From NCBI GenBank assembly GCA_964016885.1, contig OZ024742.1, positions 19,406,001 through 19,470,000 of the forward strand: 64,000 bases of DNA, written 5' to 3'. Of this stretch, positions 1-13,387 are shown piece after piece. A program made the translations under genes and the position numbers. Below the pieces are notes generated by a model, which did no database searches, was not told the origin of the DNA, and worked only from the letters and a program-made list of their open reading frames with translations. Position 1 is the first letter of the stretch; every line of letters starts with the position of its first letter. This stretch comes from Eledone cirrhosa (taxonomy: Eukaryota).

Positions 1-49
<49 letters not shown>

Positions 50-590
50 TATTTATATGTGTGTGTGTGTTTTTATGTGTGTATATGTGTATGTGTGTTT
101 ATGGTTGCGCGCGAGTGTGTGAGTGAGTGTGTTTTGTGAATGTGTCTGTTGATTTTTGGCATATAGTTGAATAGTTTATGAGAAATTTGAAGATAATTGT
201 AAGATATGCACTCAATATTCTGAATTTGTCTACAGAATTCTCTAAACCTTTGTCACTTAGTAGAATCTTAATGAATTTAGCTTTTAAAGAATCTCCCTTT
301 CCTTTAAATCTATCTACCATGACTGACCCCCCACTGATCTTATAGACACCTGTTAGCTTAAGAGAAACTTAATAACAAGGAATGGCATGCCATCCTGAAC
401 CTGTTTATAGAATTCTGTCTGCCTTTGTTACTCTAAAAACAAAAATAAATAAAAATAAACTATAGCTTTGTAGAATTAGCTTTTAATGAATTCCCTTTTC
501 TATCAACCAATGACCTACACCCATCCCACTCCCCACCCTGTCCTACCACTTGTAGAGGCCTATAAATACCATACTTATTTTTTGATACCC

Positions 591-641
591 AGATTCCTGA
601 TGATTTCTAAAGAATGAAACAGTTCTCGTCCTGTAGAATCT
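591..641 (+). ncRNA. Type I hammerhead ribozyme motif (PLE/retrozyme-like)
   Basis: AGATTC-CTGATGA-T.TTC(TAAA)GAA.T-GAA-ACAG(TTCTCGTC)CTGT-A-GAATCT. Intact CUGANGA/GAAA core, stem I AGATTC/GAATCT, stem III ACAG/CTGT, GUA cleavage triplet at 633-635. TATAAATA at 561 upstream and (TA)n downstream. Confidence 0.75.
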
Positions 642-653
642 CATCTATATTAA

Positions 654-713
<60 letters not shown>

Positions 714-2645
714 TACTCTATTTCTCATTATTTAGTAATTAGTGTGTGTGTGTGTTGTGTGTGTAAGAGGAGGTGTCGTGTATTCCCCCACCCCCCTCCC
801 TACTACTCCTCACAATACTGACATAGCGTAGGAGGCCATGTTACCACTACTGAAGCACGACCTAATGGTGTCAAGTATCGTCATGAGAACAACTACACTT
901 TTTTTCACTTTCCAACAATTTCTGATATTTACTTATTATACACACTGGAAGCGAAGCTTTATTTGTGCATGTTATTTATTTATATATTTATATATATATT
1001 TATTTATTTTATTTGTTTATCTATTTATTTATTTATATGTATGTATATTCTGTTATCAATAGGTAAATATATAGTCGTTGGTGTAAAACAGGTCTTGGGC
1101 GAGAGGAAGGGTTTGGTTGCTTCTACATGCGTACAGGATTACATTCAAACAGGATTTAGAGAGTACGATAATGGTCTGATGTTAATTTAAATAGCTCAGT
1201 GAGACTAAGTAGGTTTAGAAATAGCGGGGGTGGAGACGACAGAAAGACTGGGAGGGATAAGGAGATGCCAGTGACTACTTGGTTTGCTTTTACATAATCA
1301 TTACAATTGTAATCCACCTTCTCATTGACACCTTCATGAACATTAACTGTGTAAATCAAGTTTAAATATGTTTCATTGCTATATCTTTAATGGGTCATTG
1401 AGTATGCTAGGAGTTGTTCAAATCTAATTATATCGTTATACGCTTCATTAATATTACACAACCCCTCTTATTTTACTATCCTAACATCACAAATTAAACA
1501 TAAAATAGTGTCACTTTTTATCTTCAATAATGATTTCTTTGTTTAGACACGAAGATGGAAAAGTGAGTAGATATGACACTTGAATGTTACTAGTATTGGC
1601 AGAGGCGTGAGTGCGTCGGATAGAATGTTCTGAGTTCAAAACCCACGGAGGTCAACTTTGTATTTCTGAGATCGATTCTTCAGTCTCCCCCATCTCCTTC
1701 TCTCTCTCTCTCGCTCTGGAAGAAATCGGTTGTGTTCATTCATGATGGATTCTGCCAAATTTAAAATGCCCAAGAAACGCTGCATGTCATTACAGCCCCC
1801 ATACGACTCCTATGGGCGTTACAGATCCATACATATATATTACTGTTATTTGAGTTAATACAAAGGGAGATAAATAGCGAAATACTTGAGTTGAAGGAAT
1901 TTGAGACAGAGCATTGTTCCTAAATATAACTTTGTTACAGATTGTCCCAATACAACAGCTCAATGTTTACGTGCTGTATGCATGGACCCGTAACTCCTGG
2001 TCGATTCGTAAGGGCGCCGTAGAGTGTGTCTTGGACATTTGTAAGCTGGGCAGACCCCCATCCCTTTCCAAGTCTGAATACAGCAGATGCCGTCCAGAAA
2101 AGGAGGACGTAAGAAAGAGATTAAAAAGGATCGACCGCAGTACTGGACTGATACATTTTTATCGACCGGGAAGGAATGTAAGTCAAAGTTGACCTCGACT
2201 ACATATGAACTCAGAGAGCAAAGAGCTGGAACAAATACAGCAAAGCATTATACCCAAGGTTCTAACAACTCTGCCAATTCGTGGCCTTTGTTTCCGTGAT
2301 ACTGATGTAATGAAATCATCCAGATTGATAAATATCTAGAAAATACATTTCTATTACTTCTTTCAACTGACTTCTCCCCTAACATGTTTCGCGAATCTGA
2401 GAACGTAAATAGTTCTGACAAATAAAGACTCCCATTGATTTGGAAAATATCGATGTTCGGTTTAGAGTTAAGTATTTTTTTTTTATTACATTTGTACATC
2501 TCCCACAAAAGGTACTGATACTAAGAGAAGCTATGATACTTCATCTTACTATATATTTTCTGTTATTCATTAGTAGTACCAGATAAAGAGTCACACGTTA
2601 GTAGATAGTCTTGTGTCTACTACGGAAACCACATAACCGTTAACG

Positions 2646-2917
2646 CTACAAAATACTTCAGTAATGTATAGTCACTACCTCCATCTCTTTCACTCTCCAA
2701 GTCTCTCACTATTATAAGCAAATGGGGGCCCACACGCTGGCCACCTTGCAGTCCCGGTGGATAAAATAGAGAAGGCGTTTTCGCGGAGGATGGTGAGGAA
2801 GACGCATTGAAAGAGCCATTCCAGCTCGTGAGGCTCAAACCTAGAGGTAGTCAACTCCGTGCCGATGGTGGTGAGTAGGAGGTGGTCCTAGGGCCAAGGA
2901 CACCAGAAGTCTCCACT
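2646..2917 (+). mobile_element. Dispersed ~280-bp element ending in a single copy of the 79-bp satellite monomer (2846-2917)
   Basis: Aligns by eye with 45576-45860 (ctacaaaatac...tctctcactattataagcaaatgg...ggaggatggtgagg...ggtag.caactc.gt.ccgatggt...ccaaggacaccagaagtctccact). Confidence 0.85.
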
Positions 2918-3684
2918 CTATACGTTAGTTATACAGTAAACTATATTTCTGCGATATAACTATTTATAGTTAGACAGAAAGAACTATTGATATTTAAGTG
3001 ACTTTAGCCTAACCACAACAGTGACAGAAGTAGGAACTGTTAACTAACCTAACAATTAACCACCACGCTACTGACGAAGCCAGCTGTGACAGTCTACTGC
3101 TGTTAGAGTTATTATTTAAAACATAGTTTAAGTTTTAAAATATTACTATTAACATTTTCGGACGTTGTTGGTTGCAAAAGCTACACGCTCCACTTAAGAT
3201 GTCAGCAAGAGGAAATAAGAAAAACTCCTATTTAGACTACACTATCTAAATAATAACATTCAAAAACTCGCTACTATGATGCAAAAATAAAATCATTTCA
3301 GTTGATAAAAGCCACATGTTTCCTGAATTAATAACTGCAAATATAAGACTATGTATATAATGAAGCAAGGAAAAACAAATACAATGGAATAACATGTGGG
3401 TGCTAACGGCCCTTTGTCTCTGTATAGGGAGGAATGTAAGTTTTAAAACTGGTGGTCATATATATAGTATGAGAACTAAAGGCACATTGAGAATATATGA
3501 GGCCGTATGTATATATTGTTTATATATATATGTCTATTTATAACGAGAGACTTCAGGTTTTATAGGAACAACGAAAAAAATGTGGGATTACCATTTCTTT
3601 CTCAATGTCATTAGCAACAGAGAATAGGGGAAATGATAGAAAACAGGTCATAAAGTCGATCAATTAGGATTTAATATAACATTA

Positions 3685-3749
<65 letters not shown>

Positions 3750-3979
3750 AGGGAGTGTAACTTGGTGAGCAATCGATGTTTAAGTTCACTTCGGTGTCGA
3801 GGTGTAGAGCTAGACAGAGTGTATTATAGTGAAATAAAATAACAAGCACGAGCCGCGGATTACAGCGTCGGGTCAGATCGATACAGATTGAACCTTGAGC
3901 TGATCAGTGGCGAAACGCGCGTCACCAACCAATAAACGTAATGAAGGAGTAACCAATCGTCCTTGTTATTTTATTTCAC

Positions 3980-4010
<31 letters not shown>

Positions 4011-4697
4011 AAGAAAAGTGAGTTTTCACATTAAGGTATTTATAGATTATACATAGTTACGACCGTTTCACAGAAGGGTGGTTCAGGATCTATATAAACT
4101 CTATAGACCCGACTCCAGCTCTATCTGTTCATTAGGTTTGTTAATCAAGCAAACCCAAAATCTCATCTGACTGCATCCTGAGTCTCACCTTGGTTGGTGG
4201 AGGGTGGGTAGACACCCTGACACAACAAAAACTGTCTACAAGGGCAGGTAATATCAACAAGGAATTAAGAAATGAAATGGACCTCCTTTAGTTTCTTTTG
4301 AGTATTACAGCTGTTCCATGAACGGAACTCTCAGTACATGAAGTTAAGGAGTAAGTGGCTGCGCATTCCCTTAACGTAAATCTTGTGGAGATTCAGTAAA
4401 ACGCAATGTGTGACAATTTCAGAGAAGCTCTAAACAATTCAGTCATATTGTATCTAATTTAGTAATCAACAGCCATCCATGATACATTCCAGCAGAGCAA
4501 GGCTCCCATTAAGGGCTTTAGGTTGAGCATTACTGACTTCCTTGTCTAACTCTACATCTGGTTGTTTGTTTTTTACCGAGGAAGACTTAGGAAAGAGAAG
4601 GACCACACACACTACTTTAACTCAATTCTAAGATTAACATCATATCATTTTTCACATTGTCGGAAATGACAGACGCGTGCCTTTAGAATATATATAT

Positions 4698-4733
<36 letters not shown>

Positions 4734-5404
4734 ACATATATATATACATATATATATATATATAGAGAGAGAGGGGGGGGGGGTGATGTGAAAAGTTCCA
4801 TTGTTCGTGACAGTATTGTTCATAAACAATAACTAGAACAATCCTGCAGGTTTATTTGTTCATAATTGAAATATATTGTTAGAATGTCTAAAAAAGCAAT
4901 GAGAAAGCACAACATGTGAATAAAGAATGCGACCCATTGACTGCCAGCAAGTTAAAATTATTCACAACAGGTGGAAATGTTTTCAACAGACATGTGTTGT
5001 TGATTTTATGGGTGTTCATTTTCTGAGAGTGAGTTATATACTTAATTCAACAGTGTGTAGTTAGAATAGAATTCTAGACTTATGTAAATAACATGACATC
5101 TTACTGATATCTTTTATCTCTTTATTCTCTCTTTCTTCTTGCATGAAGTCTTTTAAATATATAAACCTTTTTTTAGGCTTTTAAATTTTTGTTCACGTAA
5201 ATTCATTTTAAAGACGTATTTGGTCGCTTTCTACCTCCGATAATAATAGAAGTTTATACGATCAAAGGTTTATATGGTTAAAGATAGACATTCTATGATT
5301 CCATACACACCAGCAGCTTGCATAATGTGGAATAATTTCAATGGAGCATAGAAACAGGTTTGTCTCTGCGGGATTTTAACTCTATCTCTTCAGTGCTCAT
5401 ATTT

Positions 5405-5690
5405 TTAATTTTAGCACAAAGCCCGCAATTTAGGAGTGAGATCAATTATGTCGCCTTCGGAAGGGCAGAAAGCAAATTTGACCTCGGCTAGATTTGAATT
5501 CAGAACTTAAAGTACCGGAGTCTCTGATAGATATGTTATAACAGTTCAAATCTTGCTGAGGTTGGCTTTGCCTTTCATCCTTACGGGGTTGATATCATAA
5601 ACTACCAGTAACGCACTGGGGTCGATTTAACCGACATTCCTCTCCCCCTAAATTGTTGACCTTGTGCCTAAATCAGAAACCATTATTAGA
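5405..5690. mobile_element. tRNA-derived SINE fragments (one -, one +)
   Basis: gttcaaatc...gcctttcatccttacggggttgat...accagt core shared with other copies. Boundaries approximate. Confidence 0.6.
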
Positions 5691-6199
5691 AGACTTATAC
5701 TGGCACTCACGCATACAGAGCTATCGTGTGTACCAAATGGCGATCATATTGATCTATTGGTTTCCTTGTGAAGCAGATGCAGCTCTATAAGGCTATAATT
5801 GAAATCGGTATTTAAAAGTGAGCTATATGCAATCTTAAATAGGTTCCCTGGATCAATAAAGTTCCTTCATATAGGATAAAATATTTTAAACAACGATTTG
5901 GTCGTAAATCTTGAAACCTACGTTTCTATTTTGTGCAGATTTTCTTGAAGTATATCGATTTCTTAGTCTAGAGTTCAACATTGTTCATTGTAATAATAAT
6001 CAAGTAAATCACAGGTCTTCTCATAGACAAGATACTTGTCTATCAATAAAATACTTTCCCAGAAAAATCTAATCTTTTAGGTGAACCGTGGCAACATTTC
6101 AGTTATATACCTAATGAAATACTTGAACTAAGAATGTCTGAGCCAAGTTAGTTTAATAACTTCTTTGATCAGCCATTCATCTTCTTGTCTGAACTACAG

Positions 6200-6313
6200 A
6201 TGACATTAAGAAATGTTATTAATAGAAATTATTGTACTGTCTTTATTCTCTTCATTCATCTTATCTCCCAAACATTCTCTGGTTTAATGGAATATTTTGT
6301 TTATTGTCAACAG
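6200..6313 (+). CDS. Candidate first coding exon (signal-peptide-like) of the TSP1-domain gene
   Basis: Pyrimidine tract + CAG directly before ATG; 38 open codons MTLRNVINRNYCTVFILFIHLISQTFSGLMEYFVYCQQ with a hydrophobic core; CAG|GTTTAG phase-0 donor compatible with the phase-0 exon at 8688. Donor is weak and there is no homology support. Confidence 0.35.
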
Positions 6314-8687
6314 GTTTAGTGAATGTTTTTTGTTTTGCTTTATTTTTTGCCAGCAAGCCAAATATCTGCTGTATACATATTATTTATCAATAATACAAGA
6401 TTTATCGTATATATACATCTATAGTATAGCTTATCAGGTGATAAGAATTTAATATTTTTGTCGAGAGAAGAAAATGCGTATCTTGACGATAAAGCCAATA
6501 TTATCTGGAAACCTGTCAGTATCAAAGACATCCATTTTGGCATGTTACCACATGTTCACTCCCTCATTCTCTGTACTTTTCTCGCTGGTGATAAATTGCT
6601 GAAACCTAAAAGAAAAATCTTTATCGTGAATATATAAAACAAACAAATGCAGCTTTATGTGGATGACAACCAGAATACCAGTGCACATTAATGTTTCACA
6701 GACGGTGCTGTACATCAGATCTATTCATATGTTGATATTTCTATGCAAATATGCAACCATGATAAAATTTAAATTAACATTCAGTGTATATCAAAGAGAA
6801 ATCTTTATCAAAGTGCCCCCACCTCCAATTGCTGCCAAAACCATTAGATTTTTTTTTTTCGTTGTTTTTATAAGAAGTGAATGGAGATTGAAGCAGTGTA
6901 GCTTTGACAGTTGGCATAACATGGTAATGAGGAAATTGAATAAGAGAGAAACGTGGCTTGATTATATGCCACGGAGATATGAATGAGAAATAAAATGAAA
7001 TGCCCTTCACAGATTTTACTTGTAGCGGATTCAATGGCGAATTCGATGACTGTTGTATCTGCTTAAGAAAACATATTAGCTGACTGTTAAGGAAAATTGG
7101 CCGACAGTCTGTTGGTTGCTATTTTGAATACAGGTGTCTCTGTTGATTACAGGTGCCTCTGTTGATTTATTCCTTTATCATCCACTAATATCTAGAAAAC
7201 AGTTGTACTGTGATAACCTTTCTCCATACCAGCAATATCTCTGTGACTACTTCGTAAAACCCGTTGAGTTTACTAATGACAACTAAAATGCACTGAAACA
7301 ATTTAATTCATAAAGGTTCTTTGTTGATATCGCTCTAACTTCTGTTATATACAGAGTTCCGCTGGGAATCTGTTTTCGTCCTATTTTTTTAACTGTTTAA
7401 ACAGGGAAGGAAGGAAAAGAGACTGAGCCTTTCCAGGGCCTTCGAGCTATGTGTGAGAGAAGGGGCAAGATATCCTCAAACCGGGGATCTGGTCCATATG
7501 CTTTCAGCAGATTGGATTCTGCAAATAGCATTCAAGGGTCAAAGGTGTGGTTAAGCCGGGCAACAAGTTGAATAAACCACTCTAGTAAGCTACAGAGACA
7601 TCTGAATTCAGAACGCAAACAGCCTGATTAAATAACCGAAGACATCTCGTCCGGCGCTCTGTCGATTCCGCCAATCTACCGCCCTGGACTCGTGCTTTAT
7701 ATTAAAAATGAAAGTCAAAGTTGACCAAGGTGGGATTTGAACTCACAATGGGAAGAGTCAGAACAAATACCAGACACATATTTCTTATATTCATATTTAT
7801 ATTTTTAACTGTTGGTTAATCAATGATAAACATTGATTGCCAGCTAAATTATTCATAGAAGTATAAAAATATACTGAAACTGAAGCGAAAACGAAACAGT
7901 AAAAATAACAATTCATGTTTCCTTTTTCCAAGCAATTTTCTATTGAATTCATAATGGGATATTACTGCCTCTAAATCATATCTACATGATAGTTATACAG
8001 ACACATACCATTGTGAGTTACTGAACTACGTATTGCAAATCTTCCCCTTTTCTAATCACTTCAACTTTATTTTCGTTGATAATATAACACTCCGCGGTAA
8101 ACAGGCAGAGTCATTAGAACATCAGATAGAATGTTTCGTACTATTTGTTTCCGCCTTCTGCTCTCTGAGTTCAAATCCAGCAGAAGTCAACTTTGCATTT
8201 CATCCTTTCGAGGTCGTTTCTCTCTCTCTCTCGGGAAGAAATGAGCTGTGTTCAGACACGGAGAAAGGCTGGTCTCTGCCAAGTTTAAAATACCCAAGAC
8301 ACGATGTATGCCACCACGGCACCCCTATCACTCAATCAGGTGTTATGGATCCTTACATACCTACAATGTAACACTTCACTTTTCCAATGCCCCCCCCCCC
8401 CGGTCGTACGACCCCTGTTTATGTAATGTATCTCAAACAAATGCAGCCCTATAGAGTCCATTCCTCTTTGTGAATATTTCTAGGCTTATATGCTACCACT
8501 ACAAACTTTCTTCAACTTTAGTCTATAAAAATACCTGTAATTTCCTGGGGTAATCGAAACGATTTTGAAGACCCCCTTATAAATACTGGTTATTAGTGAG
8601 AACTGAGTCATATGTGAAACTAATAAAATGACATAACATTGTATGATACTATAGTATCGTAAACCATAATTATCTTTCTACTTCTAG

Positions 8688-8794
8688 ATTAATGGTCTGA
8701 TGGAATGGAGTAAATGGTCAGAATGGACTGATTGTACAAAAACTTGCAGCCGGGGAGTATCTCAGAGACGGCGGCAATGTAATGAGCATTCCAA
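8688..8794 (+). CDS. Exon of an ADAMTS-like/papilin/THSD4-type secreted protein, N-terminal part of a TSP1 domain
   Basis: tctttctacttctag| acceptor, |gtaagt donor. Translates INGLMEWSKWSEWTDCTKTCSRGVSQRRRQCNEHS+AA, the WxxWxxWxxCxxxCxxGxxxRxRxC TSP1 signature. Confidence 0.9.
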
Positions 8795-8830
8795 GTAAGT
8801 ATTCCTTATGAGGTTCTCAAATCGTATTGC

Positions 8831-8868
<38 letters not shown>

Positions 8869-8941
8869 AGTAAGGTTGCTTGGATGCGTCCATAGGCGGT
8901 ATGCCAGTTGAGCACTCTATGTTCCTTCGGAGCAGGGTATG

Positions 8942-9258
8942 ATAATATGGAAAACGAAGAATCAGTGATGCATCAGAACACAATTTATTACATATTACAA
9001 TTGTTTCTCCGGCGAACAGCTCGAGGTGCGATCTGTTTTTGGGTGGATCGAACCTGACTCTGGATTCGCAAGTTCCTCAGATACGTCTAGTGATTTCGAA
9101 GAGGATTTGCTTCGAAACCACTAGACGTATCTGAGGAACTTGCGAATCCAGAGTCAGTTTCGATCCACAAACAGATCGCACCTCGAGCTGTTCGCCGGAG
9201 AAGCAATTGTAATATGTAATAAATTGTGTTCTGATGCATCACTGATTCTTCGTTTTCC

Positions 9259-9265
<7 letters not shown>
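8942..9265. mobile_element. Foldback palindrome (~155-bp arms) with a hammerhead motif in each arm
   Basis: Arms are near-exact reverse complements around a loop at 9101-9110. Minus-strand copy 8990-9086: ACGTAT-CTGAGGA-long stem II-GAA-ACAATTGT-A-ATATGT. Plus copy 9125-9217 has GAAG instead of GAAA. Confidence 0.75.
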
Positions 9266-9356
<91 letters not shown>

Positions 9357-9423
9357 ATATACCCCCTATTTTATCAACTATTTTATATCATCTCTGCGCT
9401 CGAGATCATAATCCTTTACACAC

Positions 9424-9459
<36 letters not shown>

Positions 9460-9536
9460 AAAGGATTATGATCTCTTGTGACTGCCAAGACTGGAATTGA
9501 ACCATCAGCACAGTTGATGTATGTCAGACATCAATT

Positions 9537-9602
9537 TATTTTATCTGATGAGGACGTACTGATGAAATAGCTCAGTACCTCTGAAATATGTATAATAAAA
9601 TA
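9537..9602 (+). ncRNA. Minimal type I hammerhead motif
   Basis: TATTTTAT-CTGATGA-gg..GTACTGA(loop)TCAGTAC..-GAA-ATATGTAT-A-ATAAAATA. 8-bp stem I and near-palindromic short stem III. Confidence 0.65.
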
Positions 9603-9671
9603 TATTTGATCTCATGAATGTCTATATTTATTAATATTTTCAAGTAATATACATATATATATATATATATA

Positions 9672-9999
9672 TATAAGATCAAAAGATGGTTAAAAGAGTT
9701 CCATGTATTTTATTGTGCGCATTTCAAAAAAAAGTATCATCATGAGATGACATTTGCGTTTTCGTCAGATAAAATAGGGAGACATGATATGAAGGTTAAA
9801 AAACACTTGTGAATAGTGCAGTTTTAAATCAACATATGTTGATTTAAAACTGCACTATTCACAAGTGTTTTTTAACCTTCATATCATGTCTCCCTATTTT
9901 ATCTGACGAAAACGCAAATGTCATCTCATGATGATACTTTTTTTTGAAATGCGCATAATAAAATACATGGAACTCTTTTAACCATCTTTTGACCTTATA
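9672..9999. mobile_element. Spacer-less 328-bp palindrome carrying a hammerhead motif (+ copy 9895-9965)
   Basis: Centre aacat|atgtt at 9835/9836. TATTTTAT-CTGACGA-stem II-GAA-ATGCGCAT-A-ATAAAATA with perfectly palindromic stem III; the mirror copy has a U16.1-to-C change. Confidence 0.8.
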
Positions 10000-10091
10000 T
10001 TATTTATACTCCAGTCCTACAAACTGTAGAGTGCTACTTATCCGATATCTGCATTGCTTTATTGTACCACAATAAAACTCACCTCCTACAT

Positions 10092-10122
<31 letters not shown>

Positions 10123-10205
10123 ATAATGATAAATGCGATGACTAAAATCCAAAGATCGCTCAATAAGGATAAATATATATCAAATATATAAGGCCACTAG
10201 AGCAA

Positions 10206-10350
10206 ATATTTATTAAAATAACAGATTAAGGTTTAAGCAAATAATCGCTGTTTTCACCCATAACGGGATCTTCTGAGTTTCAAAAGATCCCGTTAAGGGT
10301 GAAAGCAGCGAGACTTTGTTTAAACTTTAATCTGTTATTTTAATAAATAT
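10206..10350. repeat. Imperfect foldback palindrome, degenerate hammerhead-like remnant
   Basis: atatttattaaaataacagattaa.../...ttaatctgttattttaataaatat. Minus arm reads CAGAAGA-TCCC(GTTAT)GGGT-GAAA. The arm start recurs at ~23525. Confidence 0.6.
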
Positions 10351-10805
10351 ATATATATATCGAGGTAACTGTTATTTGAGGCCGGTTTGTAATTTGCATT
10401 AGTTGAAACTTTCACCGCTGTGCCACTTTGTGTATCTATAAATGCTAACATTGCCAACACAAGGACAACACAATAATATAAAAGGAAACACGTTAACGTA
10501 AGTGTTGACGTCATCAAGAAATATCATCGAACCATATCTTTAGAAGATATAATAGAAGTCATTGGCCGAATGAGAGGTGATGATGGTCGGTCTAGTGTCT
10601 GTAAGGTTATGAGTTGTCTTCCGTTGAATGTAACCACACTCGTAAATAATAGAAAAGGAAATAAAATATCCTGTGCAGCAAGATACCAGAATAAGTGTGA
10701 CGCAAGTGAGTTATTCTGGTGTTAATTTAGTGGAACAAATGGAGATATTATTAACATTGGACAATGTTTGGACAATAAAATCATTATTATTTGTGATAAG
10801 GTAAC

Positions 10806-11153
<348 letters not shown>

Positions 11154-11511
11154 ATATATTTTTTATGAAGTAAAAGAGAACGAGCGTTCTGTTACCATAG
11201 ATTCGAACTAACACCAGACTCGAGATTGAAATCGTGGGACGGAAATGGAAATTGTATACCTGTAATTCACTGGGAGAGCTTTTTTTGTACTGATCCTTCT
11301 AGAGGTTTACGTGTATAAGTCTCTGTAGAAAACTCATCTACTTACACTTAATAAAATTAAAAGTTAAACGATGTTCCAAGCCCATTCTACTGCAACTTAA
11401 CCCGGTTTCATTAGCGTTAAGCGACTGGGAATACAGTACACGCTTCCACGCTGGACATGATGTCGCAATCGACGGAGGAACCAGTTCTGTTTCATTAACA
11501 AAGAACAAAAC

Positions 11512-11815
11512 CCGGAGATCAGAGAGTCACTCCAGGTAGAGCCACTACTCCGAATTAAGAGATCACAGCTCCGATACTAAGGACATGTGGTTAAAAATGT
11601 CCCAGGAAAGAATCGCTGGACAGAATTAATTGGCAAAACAAACCGACAGGAGACCCAGGGGTAGACTCCGAGCAAGATAGTTGAGCTTGATTGGTCTCAC
11701 TTGGGGATCTAGCCGGATCAGTTGGAGACGGTTGCTTCTGACAGGACCCGCTGAAAGGAATGTTTAAGGACTCTGCCCCATCGACCCTCTCAGGAATGTG
11801 TGGAAGAAGAAGAGA
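11512..11815 (+). mobile_element. 3' fragment of an RTE-clade LINE (degenerate)
   Basis: Translates PLLRIKRSQLRY*GHVV...RRPRGRLRAR*, matching the RTE C-terminal pattern LRIERSQLRWxGHVxRM...RPRGRPxxRW; ends in (GAA)n. Confidence 0.7.
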
Positions 11816-12479
11816 ATAAAACTAGGTGAAAATAAATAAGGAAGATATGATGGTACCTTATATTACTATATGTATACATTCAAGTTAAATGGGACTTAAA
11901 GGTTGTTTCACTCAATAAGGACCTTTCTCCTTATCTTTCTATCTCTCCTTATCTCGATGTTTCTTTTTCCCTCTCTACCTCTATCTCGATATCTCTCTTG
12001 CTCTCTCTCTTCTCTCGAACACCTACGCAGTAATAACGACACAACACACACATAAAACCAATGTCTAAGAAGACACATTTCTATGTAACAATTTGTTGCT
12101 AAAAGCCAGAGTTAATCCCTCCACTTGAGAACCCAGATCAGGGAGGTGGGATTTACCTTATTACAGATTACACTGGCAGAACAGAGTCGAAAATGAGTGT
12201 TGCCTGGGAAACAACCGAGAAAAAAAGGAAAACAAAATGTCTTCCAGACAGGAATCAGTCTTTGTAAATATGATACTAAGGACAGACGATGTAAAAGAGA
12301 TAATTCATCGTCCCTGACACTATTGCCTGTGAAGTCTTAGCTTGTCAACAAATCATTTATAACAGTAACTATAGCAATACTGGAAGAATGATGTAAGAGA
12401 GAAGAGTGAATATTTTACCCGTAACATTATATATCTCAATGGTGTCCAAGAAATATGATTCTATATATAAAGCTGCTGC

Positions 12480-12680
12480 ACAAGGCCAGAAATTTTGGGG
12501 GAGGGGAAAGTCGATTAAATTGACCCCAGTGTGTGACTGGTAAATTATTTTATCGACCCCGTGAGGATGAAAGGCAAAGTTAACCTCGGCGGGATTTGAA
12601 CTCAGATCATAAAGAGCCGTAACTCTATGCTGCAAAGCATGGCGTCCGACTCTCTACCGATACTGCCAATCCACCGCCCT
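12480..12680 (-). mobile_element. tRNA-derived SINE
   Basis: Reverse complement of gggcggtggattggcagtatcggtagag...ctgagttcaaatcccgccgaggttaactttgcctttcatcc...; A-box and B-box-like motifs. Confidence 0.8.
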
Positions 12681-12697
12681 TATAATAATAATAATAA

Positions 12698-12832
12698 TAA
12701 TTGTTTCTACTTTAGGCACAAGGCCAGCAATTACCCAGTACATTACTGGTACTTTATTTTATCGACCCCGTAAGGATGAAAGGCAAAGTTAACCTCGGCG
12801 GGATTTGAACTCAGACTGTAAAGGGACGTAAC
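12698..12832 (-). mobile_element. SINE 3' half; the 5' half continues at 15528-15587 after the LTR insertion
   Basis: Removing 12833-15531 restores aagggacgtaactatgct..aaagcatggcgtcc, matching the intact SINE copy near 32580. Confidence 0.85.
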
Positions 12833-13386
12833 TGTAGTGACCTACATTCCGCGGGCTCACATACATTCTCTGTGCGTGATTTGGCTCAGTTCAGCCAATC
12901 AGCGCCAGTAGAAGAGGATGTATCCCTACGCGCCCTGAGGAAGAAATTCCCCGCGAAGATTTGAAGAATCTCACTCTTGTACCAGAAACTTCGAGCCAGC
13001 AACACGCATAATGTAGCAGTGAGATATTGCACCCCTAGCCTCGCCGGCTTAACGGCGCAATGGCACATTCCCTTTTCTAACCTCTTTTTATCTGTAACTT
13101 CAACCATATAAATAAACAGACATTTCATCTCTAATTACTGCGGTTGAAGTCGTTATTATGTTACTCGTGTCTCAATAACATCTTTAATCCATGCTGCTGG
13201 AATTGGCGACCTGACGAAAGGAATATTGTAAATAGATGGTAAATAGATCGAGGGACCTTCCCTCACGTCTATGTCAACAAGATAATCCAACGAGGATACT
13301 ATCACTTACCACACTGGCAACTAACGACCACTGATTCTACCACCCTGCTAAAGTGGCGATAACATCTATAACCAATAACTGCTAAA
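12833..13386 (+). repeat. 5' LTR (TGTAG...CTAAA)
   Basis: Direct repeat of 14974-15527; three substitutions spotted by eye. Contains AATAAA at ~13111. Confidence 0.9.
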
Positions 13387-13387
13387 G

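Noticed and set aside
4927-5034. Alternative upstream exon ending AGA|GTGAGT
   Set aside because: Good donor, but the peptide has no signal-peptide or domain features; cannot be supported without RNA data.
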